A stretch of DNA of 64,000 bases from Utricularia gibba. Lineage: Eukaryota; Plantae; Magnoliophyta. A program made the position numbers and the translations under genes. The notes under the pieces are model-generated. The model was not told the origin of the DNA. It searched no databases and saw only the letters and a list, made by a program, of their open reading frames with translations. Shown piece by piece: positions 1-13,562 of this stretch. The DNA is taken from assembly GCA_002189035.1 (NCBI GenBank), contig NEEC01000004.1, positions 4,278,001 to 4,342,000 of the forward strand, in the 5' to 3' direction. Numbering within the stretch: the stretch's first letter is position 1; every line of letters begins with the position of its first letter.

Positions 1-2072
1 AGTTCACAATTAGAAATATTAATTCACATACATTATTGATGTAGCAACCATAAGTTTCATATCATGTCACATTGTCTAGGCATACCATCCCATGCCATGG
101 CTCCAATTTGCAATGATTCACACCCATTGTGTAAAATATCACCCATTTCTAATGATCAACTCCTTATAGTTTCATGTTTTCACTGCCTTTTGTCTTTGTC
201 TTTTCAGAATTTCAATTATTGTCACTTTACTCTAGATTAAACATACTTAACTTTAGAGTTCATACCAAAGACCATTTACAGTACTCAGGAAAAGGTATCG
301 TATAACATTTGTATGATCATTCTACTCAATCTCATATTCCACTTCATGTGTAACTGATATCAAATTCATCTAAGTCCCTTCCGCACTTCCTGAGGCAGGG
401 CATCGTACTAATTCAGATCATACCCGTATTTCTTCCATCACATCTGCTCATGAAAACCCTAGAATTTTCTCCTTTCCAAGGCCCCAAAACAGCATAAGTA
501 TCAAATGCTATTTAAGATGTAGTGTTTGGCAAGTGGGTTAGGAGTCGAGTGTTTGGTAAGAAATTTTATTTCATATAATTTAAATTTTAATCTTTTATAA
601 GAATTTATCGAAAACGATAAAATAGAAAATTCTTGTTTTAAATCTCATTAACAATTTAAAACACAATTGAATATAATACCATTAAATAATCTATGTATCA
701 AACATATTTTAATTTAAATTTTTAAAAATTACTTTTATCCTATATCAAATAACAAAAAATCAAATTAACTAATAATGCTATCTCAAGGGATTTGATCCTC
801 GCATTTAGGGTTTATTTTTTTTCTTATACATTTGCATTTTGTTACCATAAAATAAATATCTTATAAATACAAGGGAGTTTAATGATCTTATATACAAAAG
901 ATTGGAGATAATCCCTTTATTGGTTTATATCATATAGTCAGATTTGGTTCTTATAGCCACCATATACATAACTGTCTTGTTTCTTACATATTTGTATGCG
1001 TACAGTTTTGAAAAAAATAACAATAATAAGTGGGAAGATGGTCGTGGATTGGTAGGGTTAGGGCCACCCGGTCGTCATTAAATGCGACGTAGTTCAAATT
1101 TTGTCTTTACAGTTAATGCGGAGTTGCATAATGCAGCAGGTCTACCTAGTTGAGTCGCAGCAATGGAGTTGGACAATTATTGACCTCCTCCATTAATCAA
1201 TCATTTAATTCAAATTCATTTACCTTTTTCCCTTGTTTCCTCCTACACATTTCAAGAATCCAATCCCCGCCTCCTTTCTTCGTCCGGACAACAAGAAAAC
1301 CTGTAAAAACCAGATAACCCTGGTCTGATCTTGGAGTGGGATTCGAGCTGACAGTTCGTGTTTCATGCAGAAATGAGATGCAGATGCAGGGGTTGACTCG
1401 GGCTCTTGCTTGCACTATTCCTTCATGGTGTAGGTGATGCATATTTTTTCCTGAAGTAGACCACACCTGTCGATAGTGGTGTAATGCATGTAGCCCTGAA
1501 GATAGGCTAGGAGGGCTAAACATTGAAACTAGGGGTCCAAGGGAAAATACCGGGTGCAGGCACTACATGGGTTATGTTCATTTTTTTTTTATCTTAGTGT
1601 ATGAAATATAGATGTAAAGTAATCAGATGTGTGAATGACTCTATGAATGCTTTGGACATGTTAGAAGTAGTGGGCTGTCTCACATTCGAAGTAACAAATA
1701 AAGAACCATAGCATACGTGATCGATTCAAATTTATGCTTCCGAGCACACGTATAAAAGAATTGGAGTCTATTTGGTGCAATTCCAATTTTAATAAAAGTA
1801 TTTCTAGAAATGATTTTCGAACAAAATATATGTTACTTCTTTTTCGGATATAGCTTCAATTTTTTTAAAAGATGAGATATCTATATTTCATTAAAAATTA
1901 AAGCATTTCTAAAATCACTTCTTTAGAACTGTTTTTTTGGAATTATACCACACAGAGTTTCGCGTCCACAGTTATAGGAGCTCTTCTTAGTGTTAATGGC
2001 AGGTTTGGACCGAGGAGGAGTATGTATGTGACAAATGATTGTGTTGGCGACTTGAGTGGTGAGCTTAAAGGA

Positions 2073-2305
2073 GGCCCAAAAACAAACCCACCACCATACC
2101 CGACCTGATAATTTATTGGGCCCGAGAGCAGCCCATACAGAAGCCCAATATCGATGTGGTGCGTCAGAAAATTGATGTATAATTCTGGGACACGCGTCCA
2201 ATCCGCGTCGGCCCCTGGGTGTCGCCGGACACCTAGGTGACGCGCGTCGCCTTCACAAGTAGCCCACTGTAAATAATGCATGGGCCCGATCCATCCAGTT
2301 GGGCC
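2073..2305. promoter_or_regulatory. Cluster of about 7 site II (TGGGCY/RGCCCA) motifs with no adjacent recognised gene
   Basis: GGCCCA 2073, TGGGCC 2117, AGCCCA about 2130, 2142 and 2261, TGGGCC 2281 and 2300; TATA-like TTATATAAA near 2425. Site II elements are known TCP-binding promoter motifs; function here is inferred. Confidence 0.4.
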
Positions 2306-3107
2306 GAGAAAGTAACATTGTAGGATGTTGGACACTTAGTTTCGGGCATAAAATTTCTAGAAGATCGTGTGCTGTCCCCGTGATCATCCGACAGGCCTCC
2401 ACGCCATCCTTTGCAATGAATGCTTATATAAAAAAGTATTTTATTTAAATATTAATTTTTTGGTTGGCGATGACGGATTCGCAACTCACCATCATCACCC
2501 TTTTTTATTAATAATTCTTTTTTTACTTTCAAGAATTATTTAAAATGTTTATATTTCTCTGTCCACCAGGTAGAAGGGTGTGAAATAGAAAATCATCTCT
2601 GGAGGCGATTTTAATAATATGAAAACTTCTTCTCAAATTAATAACTATTTATAGATTTTTTTTATCTTTTTAAAAATATATATCACTTGTGTTTTTTTAA
2701 AATGGTAGGTGATGAGGTGGTGAAACGAGTATAAGACACCGGTGGAACCGTTTGCTATGGTTGCAAATAGGGGTGACTATTGGGGCTAGTCCAATGGAAT
2801 CGATATCACAATAAATGTGTAGTGGGTATGATTTAATCAACAACTTCTATTTAATTTATAAGTAAAAGTTATTGTATAAGTAAATATAAAATAAGTAGAA
2901 ATAGTTTATTTGAAATTAAACAAATTACTTATTGAATAATTCATATTTTATCAATTTATGTGATAAGTAGGTGAAATAATTAAAATTGAAAAAATTTAAG
3001 AATAAATGGAATTCAAAGTATAAGTTAAGTTTTAGAATAATTAGAATTATTTTATAAAATACATTCTTTTATTTTTACTTTAAGTCATAAATTACAAAAT
3101 AAGTCAC

Positions 3108-3349
3108 TAGAGCCTAAATGTATAAATTGACAACCGAAATCCAACTTAGATTAACTGAATTAACAGATTAAAAACCAAATTAACCAATTTCAAGAGAGAT
3201 TGTTTAATCAGAGATGATTATTTGGGTTAACTGAATTGATAATTGAAATGGAATTAAAAACGAAAATACATAAAATTTATCCAACTCGAAAAAAAATGGA
3301 TTACCGATTTAATAACCAACTATAAACGAACCTAATTTTGCTCAACCTA
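3108..3349. mobile_element. Possible degenerate non-autonomous DNA-transposon (hAT/MITE-like) remnant
   Basis: AT-rich segment with repeated AACCGA/TTAACC-like words, starting TAGAG and ending AACCTA. No clean TIR or TSD could be confirmed. Confidence 0.2.
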
Positions 3350-5525
3350 CTTGCAAAACGCTTGTCATTCTGGTTCGGAATCAGCCCTGGTTAGGGGTTT
3401 GGTAACCACCAAAAAACACTCTCGCAACCTTTGGAAAATAAAATCAATTTTACAAGAATAAATTTAAATTTAACGGAATATAATTGATTTTCAAAAGTTG
3501 AATAGCACTCCGGCTGCGCATCGATGGTCCCGGTTGGGCGTCGCACATGCCCATTTTTTATTCATTCCATTACTCGAACATTATAAATTATTATGAACAA
3601 TTACTTAATTAGTAAACCAGCCGAATTGTTCGTTGGGTCATGTCCACCTCCCCTCACACCAACATTTATTGAGTAGGACATTTTATGCGGTAAACCCTAA
3701 CACAATACACAAATTTCTATCATTTCTCAATACTAGATACATAATAAACATTACTATAAGGTAGTAGTGTTTGGTAGGCATCTTTTCCTATCCACAAATG
3801 TTGTGGTGTGAATTTTCCTGATACAAATGTAATGTCACGAGCCTTATTACAATATACCACATTGATTACGGATGAGTAATAGAATATGCTTAAATAGAAG
3901 AATCCTTCTAATTTTATAATAATTAGATATTCGAAACAAACAATATCATATTAAATAAGAATGAATAGTTACAACAATAATTTAAATATATTATTAATCT
4001 AATCATCCTGTGGTGTCAATTCTCATTCGGATTCTGCACGTTCATTGAAAAAAAAAACATTGAAACGGATGGTATCCGAAATGGGTCCTTGGATTCTGCA
4101 GATGTGAGCATTATTGGTGTATTTTGGTTGAGGGGAGTTAGGGTTTGCATAGAGGTGGACTAAGGTGCATTATGGAGACTTATTGAAGAGGATTCTATGG
4201 TTAATGTTGTGGGGAATATGAGTAGTCCAATCCCCATGTACTGGTCCACGTAGCGTGGCAAAGATTTCCATGCGAAGTGCATTAATTCTCTTAAGTGCGC
4301 CCCCCGCCCACTCAGTTAGCTCAGATCCAATCTTCGCTACATGATCATGATGTCTCACTGCTGCTCTTTTTTGAATACAACGTACCCCATACTTTATGTT
4401 AAAAACAATCCCTAACTCGTGAAAATCAATGTCTAAACATGTGTTAGGGTACGTACGCGGTCTGTGTGTTAGTACTTGGGATAGTAAAATATGGTATGGT
4501 GAATTCGTAGTATAAGGTAATGTTTGGAAAACATCAAAATCAATTATATAAAAAATTCCAAACGTATATTAAATTCTATTCTATAATAGTTAATTTTTGA
4601 GATTTGTGAGTAGTAAAATATATGAAATTTTGAAAATACCATTCATATAAATAATCATGTTTATTAAAAAAGTTTTTTTTAACAAATGATGAAAAAATTA
4701 ATTGTTTATGTGTAATAGAAGACAATTCAATAGGTATAATTTAAATTGATTTTAAATGCTTGGGGTCCAAATAATTGAAGAAATTCAATGAATAGAATTT
4801 GTGTTTTTATTTTTTTAATTTTTGACAATAAAAAGAGATATACAATTTTTTAAAATGTAGAAGATAAATGATACATATCTTTTATAATTATTTAAAGCTC
4901 TAAATATATAATCTGAGCATCGTATCAAATTAAAGCACTAAATATGGTGACACCTCTTGTTAGTAGTCATTGATAGCTCATATATTGTATATTCTCTTGT
5001 TTAAAATTTTACATTTATTTGATTCCAAATAATTGATAATGTGATGTATGACATAACCTTTATAGTCCTTTTAATTTTTGGTAACTTGATTAGTGTTTTT
5101 AATGTTGTATCTTATCAAACAAGACCTTATAAACATTATATATTTTAAATGTTGTGATCAAATATGGTGTTAAGTATGACAATAATCCTACTAGTTGAAC
5201 AATACATAAAAAATTAATTTTTATAATCTAAATTTAAATAAATTAAATATTTTTTTATTTCAATCCTGCCAACTAATGTTAACGTAGTATAGCATCGAAG
5301 CATTTTGAAATTAATGTGAATATTAAAAAGAAAATGTTGGGCGGTTTGAATGGAGAGCATCAAGCGTCATTTATTGAAGGAAGGTGGGCCTGGGGCCGGG
5401 TCTTCGCTACAACATAGAATCTATTACAAATTCTAGGACCATCACCATGCCCACTTCCTACATAACGCTACTCCGAACTCTGCCTGCTTGTCCGAATTTC
5501 TCCGAATCCGATCCCGGAGGAGACG

Positions 5526-7464
5526 ATGGAGCTGTTTTTCACGGCTGGGGTGTTGAAGCTCTCCCACAAAGTCGGAGGACTGTTAAATGGATTCATCAGC
5601 ATCATCGTCTTCTCCTTGTTGGATCTCCTGGATTTCCTTCTTGGGTTCGCTTATAAGGCACTCGACTTGCTGATTGAAACAGAGTGGAAGACGAAGGACG
5701 CCTCCGGTGTTCCGATACTGGGGTCGGAAAGCGTCGTACGAGTTACATGTTCGAAGCGGCAGCTGGAAGAAATCTCCGACACTCTCTACACTCGTCCCAC
5801 ATTGCTGTCCAAGCTCACCATTTCCAGCCCGGAGAACGTCACCCACAGCAACCACAAGTTGACTCTGTGCTTCCGTTCACTCCCTTCTCCACGCTGGTCG
5901 GATTGCCACTGCAGAACATGCACGTCCTGGACGTGTTCGATGAAAGAAACCCTCTACGTGAAAGCCCTGACCAGTAAAGGTTGTTGTTAACCCATGGCGT
6001 AAACCTTACATCATTTTGTTATGATAATGTTTGTTTTTTAATTTTTGGAGTAGAAGCACAAGAAGATGTGTTGTTCATTCACGGATTCATATCGTCGTCG
6101 GCGCTATGGATGGAGACGGTGTTCCCGGTGTTCTCGCAAAAGGCGAGATCCAAGTACAGAATGCTGGCCTTCGATCTCCTGGGGTTCGGCCGGAGTCCGA
6201 AGCCGGCGGACTCAATGTACACGCTGAGTGAGCACCTGGATATGATTCACTCCTCGGTGTTAAGACCGTACAATGTCAAATCTTTTCACATCGTGGCGCA
6301 TTCAATGGGTTGCCTTCTAGCACTCGCGCTTGCAGCTGCGGACCCAGCCTCTATCAAGTCTTTAACCTTAATCTCTCCCGTAAGTAAACCCATGGGAAAA
6401 TGGTTTTTGGGTGGAGTTACAAAGTGAAAAGGGCTGATATTTCTTGGTAGACTGAGACATTTTGTTTAATCCCTTTTCGGTTGCCCACATGGTACGGCAT
6501 TGCTCTTTAATGTGACGTTTTTTAGTTGGAGTTCAGGCGACCCCCTTTTTCAGTTCATTGATTGAACTCGACATGGGATGAGCTTTTCCTTTGAAAACTC
6601 TAGGAACTGCTGATCAAATTTGTCTTACAAACGATTCGATTATTGCAATTCGATCCTTCTTTCAGCCATGCCATCTGTCGGAGAGCGAGGAGGACGCCAT
6701 GAGGCGGCTGGCTCCCCGGCGAGTCTGGCCGCTGCTCTCCTTCGGCGTATCGTTGGCTTGCTGGTACGAGCACATCAGCAGGACGGTTTGCTTGGTGGTT
6801 TGCAAGAATCATCGCATATGGGAATTTATTCTCAAGGTGGTCACCGCCAACAGGTTGGTACTCAACCCTTTAAAGCAATTTATGTGATACTCTTCCATTG
6901 TTGTTACCTTTACGTCCCACTAGCCCACTTGTAGGAGCACTTAAGTGCACCATTCCACACAAATCTTGTTAGAAATACACAGGTTTGTAATAAAGTAATA
7001 CACTTGTGTGCATCTTGTGATGCACACATTCTACCAACTTTGGGTTATCATACTATTCGATACCGAATTCCAAATACCGAATACCGAATGCTAAAAATGC
7101 GTTTTGACATGGAATTTTGATGTGGGTGAGCAGGTTGAGGATAGGGCTGATAGAGGCCTTCTTCCTGCATACCCACAATGCAGCTTGGCATACACTACAC
7201 AATGTGATCTGCGGGACAAGTAGGAAGATGGAAGGCTACTTGGAGAAAGTGAGGAGCCAAAGCAATTTTCCCATCACAATAATTCATGGTGAGAGGGATG
7301 TTTTAGTTCCAATGGAGTGTTGCTACAACATCCAATCTAGAGTACCCCGATCGAAGCTTATGGTATTGCGAAAACGAGACCATCTATCGGTGATCGTCGG
7401 CCGCCGCCACGCCCTCGCCGGAGAGTTGGAAGAGATTTGGAGCTCTGCAAGTCATAGTGAATGA
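5526..7464 (+). CDS. BDG-like: BODYGUARD-like alpha/beta-fold hydrolase (cuticle lysophospholipase family), 4 exons
   Basis: Exons 5526-5979, 6054-6379, 6666-6853, 7134-7464 join in frame at GT-AG sites. Motifs PRWSDCHC, VLFIHGF, FDLLGFGRSPKP, nucleophile AHSMG, HGERD and DHLSV. Confidence 0.9.
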
Positions 7465-7600
7465 GCATGCTGCATTTGGTGGAGACATGTCTAATACATA
7501 AGTATGGAAGCACATAAGGGAAGAAGAAGAAGTAAATAAACCCCTTCGAAAAATACGCATGAAGTCATTTGTATTCTTCTTCCAACGGTCACATTGTATG

Positions 7601-7678
7601 TGGGCCTTATAATTTGGACCGATATTGGAGGCCCACCTTGAGGGCCCAAATTGACATCGGTCTGTTTCAATTTGGGCC
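7601..7678. promoter_or_regulatory. Four site II motifs in the ABCF3 proximal promoter
   Basis: TGGGCC 7601, GGCCCA 7630, GGCCCA 7643, TGGGCC 7673, 130-210 bp upstream of the ABCF3 ATG. Typical of translation and housekeeping gene promoters. Confidence 0.55.
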
Positions 7679-7810
7679 GCAAGGACATTGATTGTGAACT
7701 GTTAAAGTAAATTACATTAATTTTTAGTTATTTAGTTTACTGTTACGGCGTCGTTTCGGAAGATTGAAGCTGGAGAAGCAAATCAATTCTCCAGTGTCGC
7801 CGTGGGAAGG

Positions 7811-10800
7811 ATGGCGGCGGTCGCAAGTCGGGTGGTGCACGAGGTTTTAGGACGGCGGTTAGATGAAGTGGATGATCCAATCGTGGATTATCTCATCAAT
7901 GTCCTCGCTGATGAGGATTTCGATTTCGGCGACGAAGGTGAAGGTATCTTCACGGCACTTGGAGAGCTCATGGTTGAGGCTGAATGCGTATCCGACTACT
8001 CCGAGTGCCGCTCGGTATGAAGTGATCGACTTTGTTGCCCAGTTCTATTTTGGTTGATTCCTTACACATTTCAGTATGGGTAAAATGACGTGTTATATGA
8101 AATTAGGTGGTAATCTCACAATCAGTATGCTCAATTTTTGTGTCTCTATATGAAGAATTTATCTGCTTTTTGTTAAAGTTGGAAAAAGTTTCTACTTTTC
8201 TGCGCTAAGAAATTTATTTCCAGTATGCTCAACAGGTTCTACCTTCTTCTTTGTGGTTCAAGGCGTTATCTGGCTGGGATGGATTAAAATGATGCAATTT
8301 ATGATCAAACAATTTTTCCTTGTGTATAATGGCCTTGTTTCTAGGTGCCATAGCATTTTATGAGATACTTGAAATCCGCAATCGAACTACCTTATGAAAT
8401 AAATTTCTTGGCAGTTTGTGTCCATCAGTGTTAAAATGACTATTATTTCCTGTGAATCGCTTTTTCCCGTTTAGTTGTAATGTTCCTTGTAAATTTAAGG
8501 TATGTAGCAAGCTTGCTGAGAAATTCGGAAAGCATGGACTTACGAAAACCCAACCGGCTGTGAGGAGTCTTTCAGTGCCATTGAGGATGTTCGATGGAAT
8601 GGATGATGGAGTGCCAGCTCCAAAGAAGAAGGTAGAACCTGTTGATGGCCCTCTCCTCACTGAGCGTGATAAAATGAAACTTGATAGAAGAAAGAGGAAA
8701 GAAGACCGCCAAAGAGAGGTGAGTTTATGGCACCCCTTTCTTCAAAAGCAGAGTAATTTTTTCTCATGTGGATGTTTGGTGCAATTATTTTGCACCTAAG
8801 ATTTTTTATATTTTTTTGGCTTCCAGATTATTGATCATTTTTATCTAGAATCGGTTGGTAAACATAGAAGCACCTAAGAGATTGTAGTGGAAACGCTGTA
8901 AGCGATTTTCAGATGTTTTCTGCATTTTATGGTACTATATACCTCAACAGGTGCAATACCAAACGCATTTAAAGGAAATGGAAGCTGTCAAAGCAGGGAT
9001 GCCTGCAGCAGTTGTAAGCCATGACAATAGTGACGGACCAGCTGTGAGAGATATCCACATGGAGAACTTTAGTGTTTCTGTTGGAGGGCGCGACCTTATT
9101 GTGGATGGCTGCGTGACACTGTCTTATGGAAGGCATTATGGTTAGTTTGACTTGAATCCTCAAATGATACCTGCCTCTGTTAATATAATTAATGTTTTTT
9201 TTTTTTTCAATTTTTCCAGTATGTGTGGGTCTTGGGTAGTATATTTCTTCTGGGCATAGGCAAATTGCCCAGCAGAAAAATTTACAACATAAGTACTTTT
9301 TTAGAAGGTAAATAAATGGAAGAGGCAATCACAACAACCTGGCCATGAAAAATTAGACTCAGATTTCCAAATGCATAGATTGCCTTCTGACTGTGCTTTT
9401 TACGTGTTATAGGGCTTGTTGGCAGGAATGGTACTGGTAAAACAACCTTTCTTCGGTACATGGCCTTGCATGCCATTGAGGGAATTCCCAAAAATTGTCA
9501 AATTTTGCACGTGGAGCAAGAAGTGGTTGGGGATGATACATCAGCACTGCAATGTGTGCTGAATGCTGATTTGGAAAGAAAGAATCTTTTAGAGGAAGAG
9601 TCTCGTTTACTTGCATTACAGGTATGGTTTCAAGGCAATTTCTTGCTTCTTTGCAACATATGTAATGATTGGTGTTATTGCTCAGAAAGATTTGGATCCA
9701 ATTACTGAGAATGGGAAGAGCAATGGAGAGGCTGATGGAATTGACAAAGCTTCCGTCGGCCAGAGGCTTGAAGAAATATATAAGAGACTTGAGTTTATTG
9801 ATGCTTACTCTGCTGAGGCTCGGGCGGCTTCCATTCTTGCAGTTAGTTTTGAACTTTATTTAACCAAATTTTATGGATGAATGATTTCTCATACTGATTC
9901 ATTTTGGGATTTTTTCCTGGATAGACATGTGACTCTAGGCTAATGGATGGAAGCATAATTGCACACATAGGCCTTCATTTGCGTTTTTTTTTTTGATATG
10001 ATGAATTTCCATTAATTTTGTGGCTTGAATCTTGATTGATGTAACTGTACTTTAATTTGACTGACTTTGTAACTGTGGTTATTTCTAACTTTTTTTGTGG
10101 TCGATTGGCTTTGTAACTGTGTTTTGCTATTAAATTTTGTGGGTTCGGTTTACTTTGTAACTTGATTTGCTATTAACTTTTTTTTTGTTTCATTCACTTT
10201 GTAACCGTGTATTACCAGTAATTAATATATTTGTCATATAATTGAGTGCTTTAATGGTCTAATTTCGTATGTTGGTTTCATTACTAAGATCATTTTGTTT
10301 TGAAATAGTATTTTATATTACAAGCACGAACTTGTAACCTAAGTTGATTTTTATTGTTCTGTCCTGGATTGTGATTTTTCAAATTTGTACAGGGTCTCAG
10401 TTTTTCACAAGAGATGCAAAAGAAGCCGACAAAAGCATTCTCTGGAGGTTGGAGGATGAGAATAGCACTTGCTCGAGCTTTATTTATAGAGCCCGACCTC
10501 TTACTTCTTGATGAACCTACAGTATGTTTTCCTGTTTCTGATACCGTTTCTGCTTCTTTTATGGATTCATACTCTCACGTTTTCATATTTTTGACAGAAT
10601 CATCTTGATCTGCATGCTGTCTTGTGGCTGGAATCTTACCTGGTGAAATGGCCAAAGACACTTATTGTTGTTTCACATGCTAGAGAGTTCTTGAACACTG
10701 TAAATTTTCATCTGATTCCTTTTACGTGTTCATGTTGTATTGTCCAACACCAACACTTTCTGGAGAACGCTTTTCTGAATGTTAAATCATATTAACCTTT

Positions 10801-13132
10801 GAGCATGTGCCGCAGGTGGTAACAGATATCATTCATCTTCAAGGTCAGCAATTGAATACTTTCAGGGGTAATTATGATGTATTTGAGAGGACGCGGGAAG
10901 AGCAAATAAAAAATAAACAGAAGGCAGTTGAAGCTAATGAACGGGCAAGAGCCCACATGCAGGTAACCCATTTTTAAGGGCAAGATTCAAATTTTTTTGG
11001 ATGTATAGTATCTTATTTTCCTAAAAATCTGTGTTGTAGTCATTCATTGACAAGTTCCGCTACAATGCAAAGCGTGCATCCCTGGTTCAGTCAAGAATAA
11101 AGGTAGCTTTCTTATCTCTAATCATCTTTCTAGTTTCCAGTAACTTGTGTTTTGTTGACTATTGCCATTTTTTCCCATCATCCAGGCACTGGATCGTTTG
11201 GGTGTTGTTGATGATATCATCAACGATCCTGAGTATGTTTCTTCTATAGGTTTAGTGGATTTCGAATGAATAGTACATGTGAATTTTCTTTTATCTTTTT
11301 TTTTTTTTTACTTGCAGCTATAAATTCGAATTCCCATCCCCCGATGATAGGCCAGGCCCACCAATCATAAGCTTCAGGTCTCATGAGCATCTTCTGCTGT
11401 TTTAGATAGATTGCGTGGCATCATGATCTGTATTCTTTCCTCACACTAAACCTATCCTCCAATCCTTTTGTAGTGATGCGTCTTTTGGATATCCTGGTGG
11501 ACCTCTTTTGTTTAAGAATCTGAACTTCGGAATTGATCTTGATAGCCGAATAGCAAGTAAGACTGTTTATCCTCCTCCTTGTTTTTATACCCAGCATGTT
11601 ATTTGGGAACTTCTATTTATTTTACATATTTTACAGAAATTGTGAAACATTTTGCACTCTTCTCCAAAGAATGTGATGTTGTTGATGTTATGTTTGAAGA
11701 TTTTACAAACAGTGAAATATTGTTGGTTTGCATCTGTCCTGCAGTGGTTGGACCAAATGGCATCGGAAAGTCAACAATACTTAAACTTATTTCTGGGGAG
11801 CTTCAACCAAGCTCTGGCACTGTCTTCCGCTCAGCAAAGGTAACCATGGTACTTTTGATGGCTTTTTTAGCAATAGTGTTTCTTCTCTGTTGCTTTAATC
11901 TTAGATCCAGTAGGTGAATAAATGCCTTGTATAATTTTTTCTGCCTATTCTTCTAGTTCTATATCAAAAACTGACTTGTCATATTTAAAAAGTTGAATAT
12001 AAGGCGTTTATTCTCCAATATCCTGAACTTTTGCTGTCAAATTACCACATCCCGTGACATAAAATTTGATGTCTCTCTTATCCTTTACTTTCAGGTCCGC
12101 ATCGCCGTATTTAGCCAGCATCATGTCGATGGACTCGACCTCTCTTCAAACCCACTACTATATATGATGCGGTGTTTCCCGGTAAACTCTTTAGATGGCA
12201 TGCAAACTTTCACGCCATTTAGTTGTATACTTAACATAATGATGATTTATGCTGTTGAAATCTCCTAGACGCGTTTCTTCTTTTTGATCCTCTCTTATAT
12301 TGCCATCTATTGTTTAGTGTTAACATGTTATATTCTATATACAGGGAGTGCCAGAACAGAAGCTAAGAGGGCATTTAGGTTCTTTTGGAATAACCGGGAA
12401 TCTTGCTCTGCAGCCAATGTACACTTTATCTGGTATCATCCGTGCACATGAGTTGATTCTCATTAGCTGATAATCAATTTCCTGACCTTTCAAGCGGCTT
12501 TTCAGGTGGTCAGAAAAGCAGAGTTGCCTTTGCGAAGATAACATTCAAGAAGCCTCACATACTATTGCTCGATGAACCTTCCAATCATCTTGTACGTAGT
12601 CCATTGCCCTACTCTTTCTATTCTTCACTGATTAAGGAGTTCTCCTCAGTTCCACCCCCGGCTCCCTATTCTCGACCATCTCCACCTCACTTCAAGCCAA
12701 TGCTGATCATATTCTTAATGAACAGTTGTGACTAGTTTAGAATTCTCATTTACAATAGTGATTACCCATTTTTGAACAGCCGGGTTATGTTGTTTACTTA
12801 AAGAAGAATGCTTTTCTCTTTTCGTAGCAATATCACTGATACTTTGATTCACAACATATAGGACCTCGATGCAGTTGAAGCTCTGATCCAAGGCCTTGTC
12901 CTATTCGGAGGAGGTGTTTTGATGGTAAATTCAACTTCCTGCCGAAGCTGCCTGTAATTGGATACCATACTCCTATCCTTTTATCAGCTGACGTGCTGTA
13001 CTGAAACAGGTGAGCCATGACGAGCATTTGATATCTGGCAGCGTCGAACAACTGTGGGCCGTCTCAGAAGGCAAGGTGACACCTTTTGGTGGAACTTTCC
13101 AAGATTACAAGAAGCTTCTGCAGTCATCTTGA
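7811..13132 (+). CDS. ABCF3: ABC transporter F family member 3 (GCN20-like, soluble twin-ABC translation regulator), multi-exon
   Basis: N-terminus [27 protein letters not shown]. Two NBDs: GRNGTGKT / FSGGWRMR / LLLDEPTNH and GPNGIGKST / LSGGQKSR / LLDEPSNH. Exons from 10599 to the stop were read through and join in frame; stop TGA 13130-13132. Confidence 0.95.
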
Positions 13133-13562
13133 GGATAGCCTGGCTTCCATGGTTGGTTCCCATTGTGGTGAGTTTTGACTTCCTTATGATGAAAAATGAT
13201 ATGCAGTGTATCCTACACCTACATCAGAATACAGCCATTTCAGTGCTTTCTATTTGAGGTGCCGGACTGTTGATTTGTAACTGGCAAATGCTCATGAACG
13301 TTAGAACCGGGTTAAACACCCGGTTTTTTTTTTTGTTTGATAATGAAATTCAAACTATGTAATGATTATTACATGTCTTAAAATTAAAAATATCGCGTGT
13401 TTTATGTTCATGTTTTTCAATCTGAAGTTAGTACAAGCAAATTGATTTTGTACAAACACGGCAACAAGGTCTCGAGTTTGGTCAAAGAGTTGTGTGCGAA
13501 CAAACCATCGTGGATAAGCACAGCTAGCGATTTTGCGTCAAAAAATAAGGAGTTGATCAGAA

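Noticed and set aside
2150-2161. USE-like element (GCACCACATCG on the minus strand) suggesting an snRNA gene
   Set aside because: Two mismatches to RTCCCACATCG, no correctly spaced TATA box and no recognisable snRNA downstream.
1197-4358. Short ORFs in the left intergenic region (1197-1523, 1923-2335, 4170-4358)
   Set aside because: No family motifs, splice logic or codon pattern; treated as chance ORFs.
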